From the NCBI RefSeq assembly GCF_009914755.1, contig NC_060929.1: DNA of 64,000 bases; one strand, 5' to 3'. Shown here in pieces: positions 1 to 13,059 of the stretch. The DNA comes from the human T2T-CHM13v2.0 reference genome, Homo sapiens. Under the pieces are notes generated by a model. The model saw only the letters and a list, made by a program, of their open reading frames with translations, ran no database searches and was not told where the DNA came from. Numbering within the stretch: the stretch's first letter is position 1; every line of letters starts with the position of its first letter. The translations under genes were made by a program, and so were the position numbers.

Positions 1-411
1 TGCAGGAGCCCTTTAGGACAGAGAGCTTTCTCCAGCTGGTTGCAGATGAAGAAGAAGAGGGTCAAAGCTTGAAAATGAAGGCAGCCACAGGGCAAGGCAT
101 GGGAGCAGCTTCTAGGCTCTGAGAGTGACTTCTGGATGGTGGCCAGCAAGGAAATGGGGACCTCAGTCCTACAACCACAAGGATCTGAATTGTGCCAATG
201 AGTGTGGAAGCATATTCTTTCCCAGAGCCTCCAGACAAAAGACTCATCCCAGTTGCTCAACAACTTGATTTAAGCCTTGTGACACCCTGAGCAGAGAACC
301 CAGGCACACCGTGCTAGACATCAGATCAACAGAACTGTGAACTGGCAAAAGAGTGTTGTTTTCAGCTGTTAAAGTGTGGTCAACCTTATGTGGCAATAGA
401 AAACTATTACA
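1..411 (+). mobile_element. MLT1 (MLT1D/E-like) ERVL-MaLR LTR, truncated by window start
   Basis: Typical MLT1 motifs (CAGCAAGGAAATGGGGACCTCAGTCCTACAACCACAAGGA, CCCAGAGCCTCCAGA, CAGAACTGTGA) and terminal ...GCAATAGAAAACTATTACA. Confidence 0.8.
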
Positions 412-918
412 ACTGGTCATTCCAGTATCCGGCATTTACAAGGGACTCATTATATATTGCTTGAATTACAGGAATTATCAAATGACTTGGAATGTTTGTG
501 TCTTGTTTGATATTGCCTGTAAATAGGAACAATAACCCTTTCTGAATGACAATGTTAGGATTAAATGAGATAATATATTGTAGCGTGTATAAAATTTAGT
601 CCACAGACAATTTTTATTTCAAGCCCTCATTTTGCCAGTTTGCAGAAACTTAAACTCAGCCAGTTTTGGGGGAGGCGGGTAGGAGTGGTTATGGAGAAGC
701 ACCTTTGTGTTGGGGTAGACACAGGAGCACGTGGCCCTCCCCTGCCACATTGGTGCCTGCTGCGCCATACATTACCTGGCTGTGCCTGCTGGCCAGGCCA
801 CACTGGAATGTTACCACGTTCCTCTTGTTCCTGTCGGAAAGGCACCTGCAGGCCTAGAGATGTGGGTACTACATGTCCTTCACAGCCTACTCCCCCTGTG
901 CACCCCTAGCTCATCCTC

Positions 919-1283
919 TGATATGGTTTGGCTGTGTCCCCACCCCAAATCTTATATTGAATTATAGTTCCTATAATCCCTACATGTGGTGGGAAGGAGC
1001 TGGTGGGAGGTAATGTAATCATGGGAGCATTTACCCTCATGCTGTTCTCGTGATAGTGAGTTCTCATGAGATCTGATGGTTTTATAAGGGGCTTTTCCTC
1101 CTTTTGCTTGGCACTTCTTGCTGCCACCGTGTGAAGAAAGACCTGTTTGCTTCCACTTCCACCATGATGTAACTTTCCTGAGGCCTCCCAAGCCATTCTG
1201 AACTGTGAGTCAATTCAACTTCTTTCCTTTATAAATTACCCAGTCTTAGGTATGTCTTAATAGTGTGAGAACAGACTAATACA
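919..1283 (+). mobile_element. THE1C-like solo LTR (ERVL-MaLR)
   Basis: Begins TGATATGGTTTGGCTGTGTCCCCACC and ends GAGAACAGACTAATACA; 365 bp; internal sequence follows the recalled THE1C consensus. Confidence 0.9.
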
Positions 1284-4200
1284 TGTGGGCCATACAAGTC
1301 TGCTACTGCTGCCTCGGGGGCAAGAGGCCTTCGTTCTCAAATGCCTCTAGTTTATGTAGGTATCTGTTCTGGTGGATCTTGGAGAGGATGGGGGTATAGT
1401 TGTGGGGCTCCTCCGAGCACCCACAAACCCCTTTTCTTCTTGCTTCCTTTCACCACTCAGGCTCAAAGTTGGGAAGCTCTGCCCTTGTTCTTCACACTTT
1501 TTCCCGATTGCCTTCAGGGACTGGATTTTTGAAACAGAAGTTTTGTTTTTGGTGTGTCAACTCTCCTCTAGGCAGACTTCTGAGTGGAGAGAGAGGAAAA
1601 ACATCAGCAATGTCTTGAAGATATTAATCCCACTACAATTGCCAACCTGTAGGGCACAACGCTAGCATCCAGCTGGTGCTGGTGACTTGAGGCTCCTGCT
1701 TCTCCCCGGTCCCCTTCCCATCTGAATTTCTTTCTAGATCTAACATTGTTTGTTTCTCCTCATCAGTTTGTCTTTCCCTCCTAGGTTCCTCTTCCGGCGG
1801 GCTTCCCCTCCCTCCTTCCCGTCCTGCCTGGTGGCTCCCACATGAAGTCTGCACAGGATTCACACAAGAATACAGGTCAGCTGGGAAATTCTTCTCTCCA
1901 CTGGGCCCCAGTGCCATTGCCATCTTTTTTGACTTAACCATCCATCTTGTATAATTACTGCTGAACCCTGGGCTCAAGTTCTCTTGTGGGTCCCTGAATA
2001 AATCTGAACAAAGCCCCAAGGAAGAATACTAATCTCAAGATGAGTCGAACCCAATTGCCTTTGCAGAGGGCATCAACCTGTTAATGTCATTTTGCTTCTC
2101 TCAGAATGAATGATCCCAGTTACAATCCAATTGTTCAGCTGAGAACAAAACTGTTCTCAGTCCTTGCAGTTTTGTTCTGTGGGAAGCCATGGGCTTCCCT
2201 GGCTGGGTACCACTTCTTCAAGACTTCATTTGTGACTCTAATCTTTCCTCTTCAGAATTCTGAAATACTGAGACCTGAATTTTATACATAGCACAGGTTA
2301 AATTTGAAAGACTAAATTAATTTCTTTGAAGATTATTCTTCAAGGATTGCTCTATACTCAGCAAATCTTCCAACTTGGTCTTCAAGCCTAGTATGGGTTT
2401 CCTAGCTAATGAAGTGGACAGGCACCCAAGCAGCAGCATTTCAAGCAGCAGGAGTGGGAGGGTAGCAGAAGTAATGGGTCTGAACATTTATCTCCACGGA
2501 AGAAAGCCCATGTTACCACCATGAGACACTGAAGTGGGTTAGAAACAAGTATACACAGAGCTTTATTGTTTATAAGGGGGGGTCCCTATATGCTGTTTTG
2601 TGTGTTTACTCTGACATTTGTACAGTTTCTACAAAGCTCTAGAAAGAATTATGAGCCAGGGCCAGGGCCTGAGCCCTTAGCTCTGCCACTGTTAAGTTCC
2701 TAATGGGATTTGAGAGCTTGGGTCTTAATCCCAAGATAATAAGGAACCTGTCCTTCTCCTGTCAGGCCGCACCTGGGAGAAGGTGGTAGTTGCTGGGTCA
2801 TGCCCCTCTGTACAGCCTTGAAATCTTTTGATGTTCCTTTCAGGACCCCTTATGTTCTCCAGAGATGACCAGTCATCTGGCAAAAGCATGAGGGCCAGGA
2901 GCCTGGCCAGAGTGACCCCCTGACCCACCTGCCCTCAGGAAACCATTGACGATGTCCTATCTCCCTCCTCACAGTTCACCCTGGCCACATGCTATGAGTC
3001 AGCAATGGAAAAAACAGGATAAAGAAGCCAGGATTCTTTCTAACAGCTGTAGGATGGTCTCACCCAGCAGCAGGTCTGACCCTCCTGCTTCGGCTCCTGA
3101 CAGCCAAGGGACACATTCCAGGAACACAATGGGGTGGAGATAAATGTGCTCAAAGGCTCCTGAGGCTATGGAGGGAGCTGGCCAAGCTCACCAGAGTGCA
3201 TTCATCACAATCCTCTTCTGCCTGCCCTCACTCCCAGCAGAATCTCCTCAGCGGCTACCTCTTCCACGGCAGCTTTCAGGAATGGTGGCTGGAGCCGTGG
3301 GCCTCCAACCAAGGGTGTAAGTGAATCCTGGCCCAGACAGATTTGGAAACCCTAACTGCACGCCTACCATACCATGACTGAGTAGCTCCATTGCCTGAGG
3401 CCTTGCACAGATGCTGGTATTGGCATTCCAGCACCCCAAAATGATTTGTTCAGCAGGCACCCTGAGTCAGCTGGTGTCAGCTAGAAACTGAAGTCCTCTT
3501 CAGTCTGCTTGACCCAGAGGGGAGAAACAACTCAGCTCAACCTGGCCATTTTCTTTCTTATTCAAACCTTTCTCCTTCCTCTCAGATGCCTCTACGGGTA
3601 TAGAAACCCAAGTGTTACTACAGCTTTTTGGTTTATTGGCTTTGAGTTTGATGCTTCTACCTTCCAATTAGACGTTAACATCTTCCTTGACAATTTGATT
3701 TTTCCTTGCTGGTTATATTGTTCTAAGGTGCTTTACTTACCCCTAGAACAGTGTATTCATATCTAGTTTTCTGTGTAAAACTTCTCCAACAGCATGAGGC
3801 TTCACACTTATGCTGCCCTCAGATATTCCTGCCCATTCCCGTTGTTTTGGGGGTGGATGGCTGCTGTTGAAGAGTCTTTTGGAATTGTTGAGCTGCCTTA
3901 ATATTACCACTGCCTTCTTACCCAAAGTGATCTCAAAACATTCATGGGAGATTGTTGATTCTCCTCCTTTTGGTTCTCTGAGAAATGGCAATGTGACAGT
4001 CTCAGCCCAGAAAGGCATCCGGTATTTGTGTGGCTGCAAACCCCTGCCTCACCCAAGCAGACAGTGATTCCAATAAAGGGAGACTCACTTGCGTTACTTC
4101 CCAGGGGTGTGAAAGCCATGGGAACAGGCTGCCATGAGAAGGGGCCTGCAGCAGAGCTGGAAACAGGCGTTAGATCTAAGGCGGAACATAGACACTCAAG

Positions 4201-5359
4201 TTGCTCTGCCAGGACCCTGGATGGTCCCATTCATCACAGGAGATGGATTTTTAATATCTATTGCTCAGCTCCCACAAGAACCTTGTCTGAGACAGTGCAC
4301 TCACTATCAGCAGAAAATAAAGCAGCAGCGAATGGGAAAAGGTTTTGCTCCGTAAGAGCCAAACACTGTTCAGGATATGCACAAATAATCCAAGCTTGTT
4401 TGAAGCAATAATTTCAAGGGCTTCTCCTACTTTTGACTGTACAAACAGATGAGGGAAAGGACAGAGGTCATAAAAAGCAAGAGCACTGAGAATATTAGGT
4501 CTTAGTCATCCATTTAGGAGAGACTGGGAGTCAGGAAGTGATCTGCAAAATGCCTGGAAATGGCTGCAGACAGTTGAGCAGTAAGATGGCATATGAACTC
4601 CTGGAGGAGTGGAGGGAATGAAACTTTGGGCTTGCAGAACACCTGGCCTTCTTTGAACACCTCCCGGCTCTGAAACTCAGGATGTACCACTGATTCTACT
4701 CTGGTCCCCAAAATAACTACAACCTGAGCCAATGAGATTATCCCCCAGGCATGCTATAAAGAGTCTGTGGGTAAACACTGAAGACATGATAGCCAACCAG
4801 TACCTCTTGACTTTTGCAGGGTGAATGACCCCACACATAGCTTAGTTTCCCTTCATTTCTCCTTCTCCTCCCCTCTACTCCTCCATTTCCCTTGTAGTGC
4901 TGCTAATGATGGTATAGTTCGCCATCAGTTGGTAAGGTTGATTTGCAAACTCAGCCCTCAGGAGATTCATCTCCTCACACCCATGGCCTGTCTCCCCCAG
5001 GTGCTCTGTTCCAGCATAGAATGCCTTGGGATGATGTGTTTTTGCTTCAGGTGCCCACGAATGCAGAATGCATCCTAACTCAAAATGCATTGAGTGTCTT
5101 AAGCACTAACTTCAGTGGAGACTCTCTTCCCCACCTCCCACCCCCGTATCCCCTGCCAGGGACGGATACTAGTCCCCAAACCACATAGTCTCAGTGTCAG
5201 TTTTCTGTCTGTGGTCTTGGGAAAAAGTCTATGCTGCTATTTCTCATTTGTTTTGTAAAGCAACCTTTCTTGGGAGTTCTAAGAGTGAATTTGACATTGG
5301 GCAGACCATCATCACTCTGAAGCAGTACAGTGCAACCACCTTGCACTGCCGCCTCCCTG

Positions 5360-5832
5360 GTGTGACTAGGACGTGGTTTCAGAAACTGCAAATGTGGTGG
5401 CATAAACAAGGTAGAAGTTTACTTTCTCACATACAAGTCTGGAATTAGGTAAGCCAGAGTTTGTGTGGGGGTCTCAGCCAAGTAGGGCCCAAGGCTCATT
5501 CTGTCTTGCTACTCTGCTACGTATGGCTTCCATCCCCAGGGCCACCAATCAAGCTGTCGTGTTCACATTTCAGTCCCAAGGAAGAAACGTGGGGATCGTG
5601 AATGCCCTCTCCTGTGAAGATGCTTCTCAGAAATGATGTGCACCTCATGCCTCTGCCCACATCTCTGTGGGGGAACTTTGTCACAAGGCCACAGCAGCTT
5701 CAAGAGGGTGGGAAATACAATCTTTTCTTCTGGGGAATCCTCTGCCTAGCTTAAAAAAAAGTATGGAGGGAATTCTATTATAGAATAAGGATGAGCGGAT
5801 ATTTTTTAGAACATTCAATAGTGTCTGCAACA
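5360..5832 (-). mobile_element. Old MLT1 (J/K/L-like) LTR
   Basis: Degenerate MLT1 motifs (GTCACAAGGCCACAGCAGCTTCAAGAGGGTGGGAAATACAATCTTTT; end TGTCTGCAACA); boundaries approximate. Confidence 0.6.
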
Positions 5833-7358
5833 CACCATTTCTTCCATTCCCCACAACATACATGTTTTTATATTATCACATTAAATTATCTTTAATCATT
5901 ATTGTGCGCAAATCCAATCCATCCCAGAGGCTGCATACAGACTCCAAAGCTTCTAAATTGGATCAGAATCTCTTGAAATTTCCCCCAGTGTCTAGCATTG
6001 CATTTCCCACTGAAACCCACTAGCTTTTCTTTATCAGATAACAGTACTAGCAGTCTAGTTCATAATATCTTGACTCAGATAGCAGATACACACACACAGG
6101 CTCCTGAATTTCTTTTCATTCATTCAAGAAAAAAGAAAGATATAACCAAAGATGTGGTTTGTTGCTAGAATGCCTGTGGTTTTCTTTTTTAACCAGAAGG
6201 TAGTCATTTTCCAATCTCTTGTTTAAGAAGAGACAGAGGGCCTTCCTCTAAACAAGAATTACCAGAGCTGTGTGCCTTGTGACACATTTGGGCTGTCTAA
6301 AAACAGTACTGACTTATTCTTTTTAAGGGAAACTGCTTTTTAATCATAAAAGTAACAGTATAGATAGAACATGGGGAAAATGGTTAAAAGAAAAATATGA
6401 AATATGTATTATCTATAAGCCCATTAGTCTGATACAGGTACTCCTGTCACTAGGAAAATCTTTTCAAATGGGAATAATTTTATAAAACATACATATATCT
6501 TTGACATTATTTCTTAACATTTTTTATATTTCTACATTAGTTTTCAGTGAGGCCATTATTTAATAACAACATAATGGAGCCAGTATATCATAATTGATGT
6601 AACTGTTCTCTGTTACTGGATGCAACGTAGGTTGCATCCAGTTCTCTTCCTTTGAGATAACAATAGGCATCTTTATAAAGATTCATTGTATATTTTGAAT
6701 TATAGGGATTCAGAGTTTTGTTTTTTAAACAGGTATTTTTAAACTAATCTGTCTTTATTATATAATACACTGACAACTTTAAAAACCACTAATTATAGAG
6801 TAGGGCATAAGATGATCTCTTCCCAGTGTTATCTTTCTGTTCTTATTCCTCTATTGACCTTTCATCATAACTTTAAACAATGTTTATATGACTTTAAATA
6901 TCTACAGCTGATGGCTCCTGAATTTACATCATCCTCTTGAAGATTCTGTGTGCATAAGGCCCAGTGGATTTGTTTTGATTTCCTGCTCTAGTTTTCTTCA
7001 CGTGCCTTGCCTCATATTCCACTCTCTCCATCTAGTTTCCAATGCCATTAATCTTCTAGACTTCTTGTGTTTTTTGTGAGGGAGGGATAACACCTCAAAT
7101 AGTGTTTTCAAATTACTGCATGGGGGAAGGGGTAGACTTCACAAGTGCTTTCATGTTAAAACATGCACACCTTCCCATCCAGCTCATATACACACACTCT
7201 TGATTGATACTTTGGCCGGGCATAAAACTCTAGGACTAAATTCATTTTTCCTCAGGACTCTAAAGACAGTCTTGTAAAGACACATCTAACATTGGTGCTG
7301 AAAACTGACCTAACAGTCTGACTCTTTTTTCTTAAGATCCAAGAGACTCACTTGACAG

Positions 7359-7570
7359 CAGAGTTTCTTAAGCTTAGCATTATTGACATTTTGGGCCCAA
7401 TGGTTCTTTGTTGTGGGAGTCTGTCCCACACATTGTGGGATGTTTACCACCACCCTGTCCTCAGCCCATTAGAGGCCAAGAGCACCTCTTCCACTGTGAC
7501 AACCAAAATGTCTCCAGACGTTGTCAGATCATCCCTGGGGGGTAAAATTGCCCTCAGTTGAGAACCACTG
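7359..7570 (-). mobile_element. MER20 hAT-Charlie DNA transposon, near full length
   Basis: Reverse complement reads CAGTGGTTCTCAACTGAGGGCAATTTTACCCCCCAGGG...GTCTGGAGACATTTTGGTTGTCACA, the MER20 signature; ~212 bp. Confidence 0.9.
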
Positions 7571-7599
7571 CTGTATAGCAAAGGGAAACCAGCTGGGGC

Positions 7600-8032
7600 T
7601 ATGGTAGGCTCAATAATGGTCCCCCAAACATGGCCACACCCTAATCCCTGGGGCCTGTAATATGTTACCTTAAGTTAAGGATTATGAGATGGGAAGATTA
7701 TTCTGGATTATGCAGTGGGCCCAGTGTAACTACAGGGCTCCTTATAAGAGGGATGGCAATGGGATGATGAAAGCAGAGGACAGAGAGAAACAGTCCTGCA
7801 GATGCTATGTTGCCAGCTTTGGAGAGGGAGGAACAGCACAAGCCAAGTGAGGCAGGCAGCTCCTGCAGGCTGGAAAGAGCAAGGATTCTCCCCTGGAACC
7901 TCCAGAAGGGACAATAGCCATGAGGAGTCATTGTAGACTTCTGACTTCCAGAACTGTAAGGTAATAAATTCGTGTTGTTTTGAGCCATTGTGTTTGTGTT
8001 AATTCATTATGATGGCAATAGAAAAACGCACA
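7600..8032 (+). mobile_element. MLT1D-like LTR
   Basis: Start TATGGTAGGCTCAATAATGGTCCCCC...CTAATCCCTGG; internal GACTTCTGACTTCCAGAACTGTAAG; end GCAATAGAAAAACGCACA. Confidence 0.85.
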
Positions 8033-8079
8033 TAGGGTCTACAACCGAAACAGCTACTGGTTGTATCAACATGCTACCT

Positions 8080-8882
8080 GCCCAAGATACCTGCTCAAAG
8101 GCAATATTCTGCAGAATGCAGTACTGTCCATCCAGCATGAAGTATGTGAATTGAACCAAAGATTTTATATGGTTCTCTGCCCCCAATAGCAAGACTATAT
8201 AGGTTGAGGAACCAAGAGGTAGAAATAGGAATGTTCCCACCAACCATCACCCCTCATAACTTGGAAATTTGTACTTCTCCTTCCTGCAATTCTGGGTTCT
8301 GCAGGGTAGTAAGTTCTAGTCCCCAAAGGGGCATGCTTTGTCTGGAGAGCATGAAAAGAGTCCCATCGAAATATTAACTACAGCTGCCACTTGGGTATTT
8401 TGTATTCCTTGTATGCAGGGGCCAGCAAGCACACACACACAAAAAAGAGTCACTGTCTTGGCAGGGATAATTGACCCTATTATCAGCGGAGAGCAGGGTT
8501 CCTGTAATATATGGCAGGAGAGAGAAATTCCTGTGGATCCCACGTGATTCTCTCAGGCACCTCTTTGTACTGTATTCAACTGTGAGTTCAAATGGACAAG
8601 TAGAGCAGCCCTCCCCTGAGAAGAGCAGGGTTTCCAGCATGAAGATTGGAATTGTCCCACCTGTAAGCCCTGAGGCCAGTGGAGGTGGTGTATACATCTG
8701 AGATTGTGAAGAACTCTGAACAGAAGAGAGTATTGGTGAGTATACATTGTGTCCCCAAGACCAACTGCAGCAGTGAGGGTACATCTGTTCAGCTAACCTG
8801 TTTTCCCTCAGGAAAAGAGGCCCACTAGGGTCCTGCTGTCTGGATTTGTATAGAGTGAACCCAGGTGGCCCAAGGAGTAGCC
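8080..8882 (+). pseudogene. ERVL/HERV16-like internal fragment (end of pol plus fossil dUTPase), ending at the polypurine tract
   Basis: Frame 8338-8547 contains QKRVTVLAGIIDP, matching the ERVL dUTPase motif KKGVTVLAGVIDP. Frameshifted. Followed by PPT-like CAAGGAGTAGCC abutting an LTR. Confidence 0.7.
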
Positions 8883-9337
8883 TGTGGCAGACATTGAGAT
8901 GAGCCAACCAGAGCTCCCATCAGGAAAGGACCTGCTGCCAAGCCATGGGGACTGTAGTAGGCAGACAGCTCCAGCTGTTTGTGTCTTCCAGATCTACTGC
9001 AGCTACAGAGGGGGCCACCTCTCCAGAGGTTACATCCTCCTCCTCCTGTGTAGCTCTTAGCCAGTAACTGAATGAGGCAAGGGTACTGAGGCCTGCCTAC
9101 AGCCCAGCATGGACAGTCTGATAGATGACACAGTGGGGCCAGGGAATAGGATGAGAGGCCCAAGTGCATCACGTGGGTTCTACATGCATTCCTTCCTAAT
9201 CCACTGGGAGTTCAACTTCTTCCTCAGCCCAATTGTGCTCCTGACCCCTTTCCTTTTCTTCAGATATTGATGCTTAATAAACATCTCGTATCTCAAACTC
9301 CAACTGCATCTGCTTCCAGAGAACCCAGCCTGTAACA
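8883..9337 (+). mobile_element. LTR16-like ERVL 3' LTR
   Basis: TG...CA ends (TGTGGCAGAC ... CTGCTTCCAGAGAACCCAGCCTGTAACA), AATAAA near the end, directly after the ERVL internal sequence. Confidence 0.7.
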
Positions 9338-9339
9338 AA

Positions 9340-9830
9340 AACATGGGTCCACAACAAGAAAGTTCATGGCAACCTATTCTTAACATTCAAAATCTGAAAA
9401 CAACTCCAATATCCATGAACAAGTCATGATAAACCAATTGTGGCATATTCATAAAACTGAATACTACTCAGCAATAAAGTGAAACAACTGCTGATATGTG
9501 CAGCAGCATGGATGAATTTCAAAAACATTTTCAACATGAAAATGAGCAAAACGTGCAAGACACAAAAAGTACATATTGCATAAATTCATTTATATGAAGT
9601 CAGATGACAGGAAAAATTAATCTATGGGGATAGAAGCCATAAAGTGGTTGCCTGTGTATGTGCCAGGGGGGTGGGGTAGGAATTGACTAGAACAAGAGGC
9701 CCCAGACAACTTTCTAAGGGGTTCTAGATCTCATTTTACATGGTGGTTACATGGCTATATACTGTTTCCAAAACTCATTGAAAAGTTAGTATCTGTGGAT
9801 CTTACTGTATGTAATTTGTGCCTCAAGTAT
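9340..9830 (+). mobile_element. Ancient L1 (L1MC/ME-like) 3' end fragment
   Basis: TGTGGCATATTCATAAAACTGAATACTACTCAGCAATAAAG...GCATGGATGAATTTCAAAAAC L1M 3' motifs. Confidence 0.75.
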
Positions 9831-9929
9831 AAATACATTAAGTAGACCTGGGAATACTGAATTACAAATATATACTTAACATATGGCTGTAAAAGAAACA
9901 GATCAATGGAATTTAAGAAATTATGATTT

Positions 9930-10290
9930 AATAACAGAGATAGTCATGATGGTGTTATAGCACAGATGAGGGTCTTTATTTAATCCATGGTGATAGCAGA
10001 GAGTTACAGAGCTGCAAGGTGACATTTGAGCTGGGTATGAAAGGAGAAGAGGGAGATAGCCGGGCAGAAACTGGAAGACCATGTTCCTGAGAGGAGGAAC
10101 ACAGCAAAAACACAGAGTCCTGAAATCAAATATCACACCCAGGAGACTGAGCAGAGTGTGTGATGGGGGCCTGATGGGGCGGAGGCCATGAAATGAGATG
10201 GACAAGGAGAAAGGGCCAAATCTCAGAGAGGGTCCTGCAATCTAGGACAAGGAAACTTAGAATTTGTCCTATCAGTTCTAGGGAATATGT
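9930..10290 (-). mobile_element. L2 fragment
   Basis: GGTGACATTTGAGCTGGG...GAGGAACACAGCAAAAACACAGAGTCCTGA is typical of reverse-complement L2. Confidence 0.65.
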
Positions 10291-11444
10291 TCATTAGCAC
10301 TTTGTGGTTGCAGATAACAGCAAAATCATCACCCGCTTTCTCTCCTTCTTTCTTCTCCCTCAGCCCATATTTCCTTGGTCTTGGGGTCTTTCTCAGACAG
10401 TTGATCCTCAAGGGATGGATCACTCATAGCTCCAGTGAAAATCCCAGAAGAAAAACTGGATTCACCCTGGTGGGGTTGGCAGGGCATCCCTGAGCCAGCC
10501 AGTGGGGATGGAGTAAACTGGGACAGGCCTGGTCACGATGCCCACCCCTTGAGTTGGGAAGGGGGTGGCAGATAATTCCTCAAAGTGAAACTGAGGGGCA
10601 AAAAACATATTTACTCTATAGGGAACTACTGAAGGGATGTATAACTGATGGTTTTAGAAGGATGGTCACTGTCAAGAGTGTAGAAAGTGGATGGGATGGG
10701 GGAAATGGCAGCTAGAAAGATGGGTTTGAGTCTTGTGAAGTCCAGGTATGAACTGGAGAGGGCCGTGAGGCTAGAGGAGAGATGTCACACTGAAGAGGTG
10801 TGTAGGAAGAAGAATAAGCATGCTGCAAAAGCTACTTGCGCATGGGGAGGAGGAGAGGGGCATCTAAGTGGACTGGCTGATTCTAGATTTGGGGAGGGTG
10901 GCCCGTTGCCACGGTACTGCGGCCAGAATGTCACCCAGCTTTCTGCAGCATTTTAAAGTAATAAAACACAAGGAGCAGAGAGAAAACACATCTGATAGAA
11001 CAAAGAGAAGAGGATCAGAAGAGCCTGAGTTTTATTCCCTTCTCACATTCTTGTCAATGTTATAATATAAATATAAATTTTTTTAGCAAGAATAGTAGGG
11101 GGGACTCTAATTGAATCAGCATGTATTAATTATGCATTAGTGAAGATTATTCCACAATTCGTTGCAGTCCCGACAATCAGTTTTCAAGCAGGAGGCAAGT
11201 GTGGAATATGATGTCTCATGATAATATCTATTAAAGAAAGAGTCCTCAGCACCACTCTTATTAGAAATCTAATCAGGAATAAAGTACTTGACAAACTGTT
11301 AGGGGGCTGACAAACAGCCAGTTGCTGTGGCCAAACAGCATCATGGGCAGAGACTGACTCCAGGCCACAGTGGGCCATACAGCACCTGCAGCCTTGCCAA
11401 GGTCTGGAATGGAAAACTGGACATTTTTCCAGAAACACCTTCAA

Positions 11445-11550
11445 CTTCTCTGTAACTCAGGTTTCTTATCTACAAGATGAGGTTAGTGATACCAGCCTTG
11501 CATGGTGGCCACATGCATTAAATAAGAGGATGCATGTAAATAGCTGGCCC
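11445..11550 (+). mobile_element. MIR fragment
   Basis: MIR core CTCAGGTTTCTTATCTACAAGATGAGG...ATTAAATAAGAGGATGCATGTAAA. Confidence 0.6.
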
Positions 11551-12390
11551 TTGGGGATTCCCAGAAATGGGGTATTGCTTTTGGTTTTCTATTTTGGTGA
11601 AAGAGGAACTATTCCAAGGGCTTCTATTCTCCTTACCTAAAAATAAATCTTGCTGCACAGGACAGACAGCCAATAGAGAGATTCTGCCTGCTGCTGATTT
11701 TGTCTTTTCTTACTACACACCCAAGAGCCTTGATCAAAACAAGAACTTGGACCAAAACATCATTGTTTGTTGATCCCCACCTTTTGACTGGTAGACCACA
11801 GTGACCTTCTAAGAGTCAAAGACCAGTAATTCACTGAATGGCTGTACATTTCCTTCTTCCAGTGCATGGTTCTCTTGGTGAGTGGCTACAGGCCCTTGAG
11901 GAAAAGGCTGGGGGTGGGAAGGAAACCTACAGGATCCTTTTATCACTGGGTCCTTGCTCAGGAGTATGTCACACCTCTCTGCTCAGGAAGCTCTGGATCT
12001 GTGACCCATCTGAGCCCCGGGCACTGGTGGGGGACCTTGATCTATAAGCTTGGCTCCTCTTTGTGAGGCACAGAGCTTTTCCAGCTTCACAACCCACGCA
12101 GCACCTCCACGGGCTTCCCATCCATCTTAGTCCTAGGGATACTGGGACCTATCAGCTGCCAACAAAGGTCCCTGAAGGTCAAACATTCTATATGCCACCT
12201 GGCCACATACTCATGAGAGACCTCACCAGCTTTGCATCTAGCAGATAATTGCTGCTCCTTGGCCTCTACCACTCAGGAATCTAAATATCCACATTGAAAC
12301 CATTAAATAGGCTTTTTCAATGGCAGCATCTCCCTTCTTTGTCCTGGCCCTCAGAGGACAGCCATCTCTATGCTTTTCCAAGATGTGGGC

Positions 12391-12790
12391 TGTCAGAGTT
12401 CAGGTTCCCTGGAAATGGAGCCAGAACACGGTTTATCTGTGAAAATCACTTACTGGGGCCTGCTCATGGGAGAAGGGGAGTGAGGGAAGCAGGACAGTGC
12501 AGGGGGGAGCTGGACACTCATTCCTACCTGGTCCCCAGAGTGCTGGAATGTGAATTGTGCCACAGAGCTGGTACCACTTTGAGGCAAGGGGGCCAGGTTA
12601 GAGACCTTGGGACAGTCTTTGGCCTCTGGTTGCCTAGAAACATGATTGGAGTGGCATGATCTCTGGTGAATGGCTCCTGTTTGGTGGAAGGGGATTCTGT
12701 GGAGAAGGCAATAGCACTCAAAACAGCTGGGCAATAGAAGCTCCCGCCTCATGAGGGGAATCTTGGCACAGCACCAGCAGTATCCACCAT
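12391..12790 (-). mobile_element. Old ERVL-class LTR (LTR33-like)
   Basis: TGTC...GGTTCCCTGGAAATGGAG...GGGGAGTGAGGGAAGCAGGACAG...TGTGCCACAGAG motifs; family assignment tentative. Confidence 0.55.
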
Positions 12791-13059
12791 GGGAACATTC
12801 CCTTACCCATGCTGCATGCTGTGGTAAAAGAGAGCTGCATCCCTTACTCATGCTCCATGCTGTGGTGAAGGAGTGGACTCTGGTTCCTTCAAGGGACACA
12901 GAAGCACATGAGCTGGGAGCATGTGATAATGTGACTCCAATATTCTTTCCCATATCCTAAGTCTTTGGAGTCTCCCCCTGCATTACACCAAGGCATATGT
13001 ATCATCTCATTGTTGCTTACTGTAGACCACTATGCCCAAAGAAGAGGAGAGGAGGAAGT

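Noticed and set aside
8374-8907. 177-aa minus-strand ORF
   Set aside because: Antisense to the decayed ERVL internal region; no coding signature.
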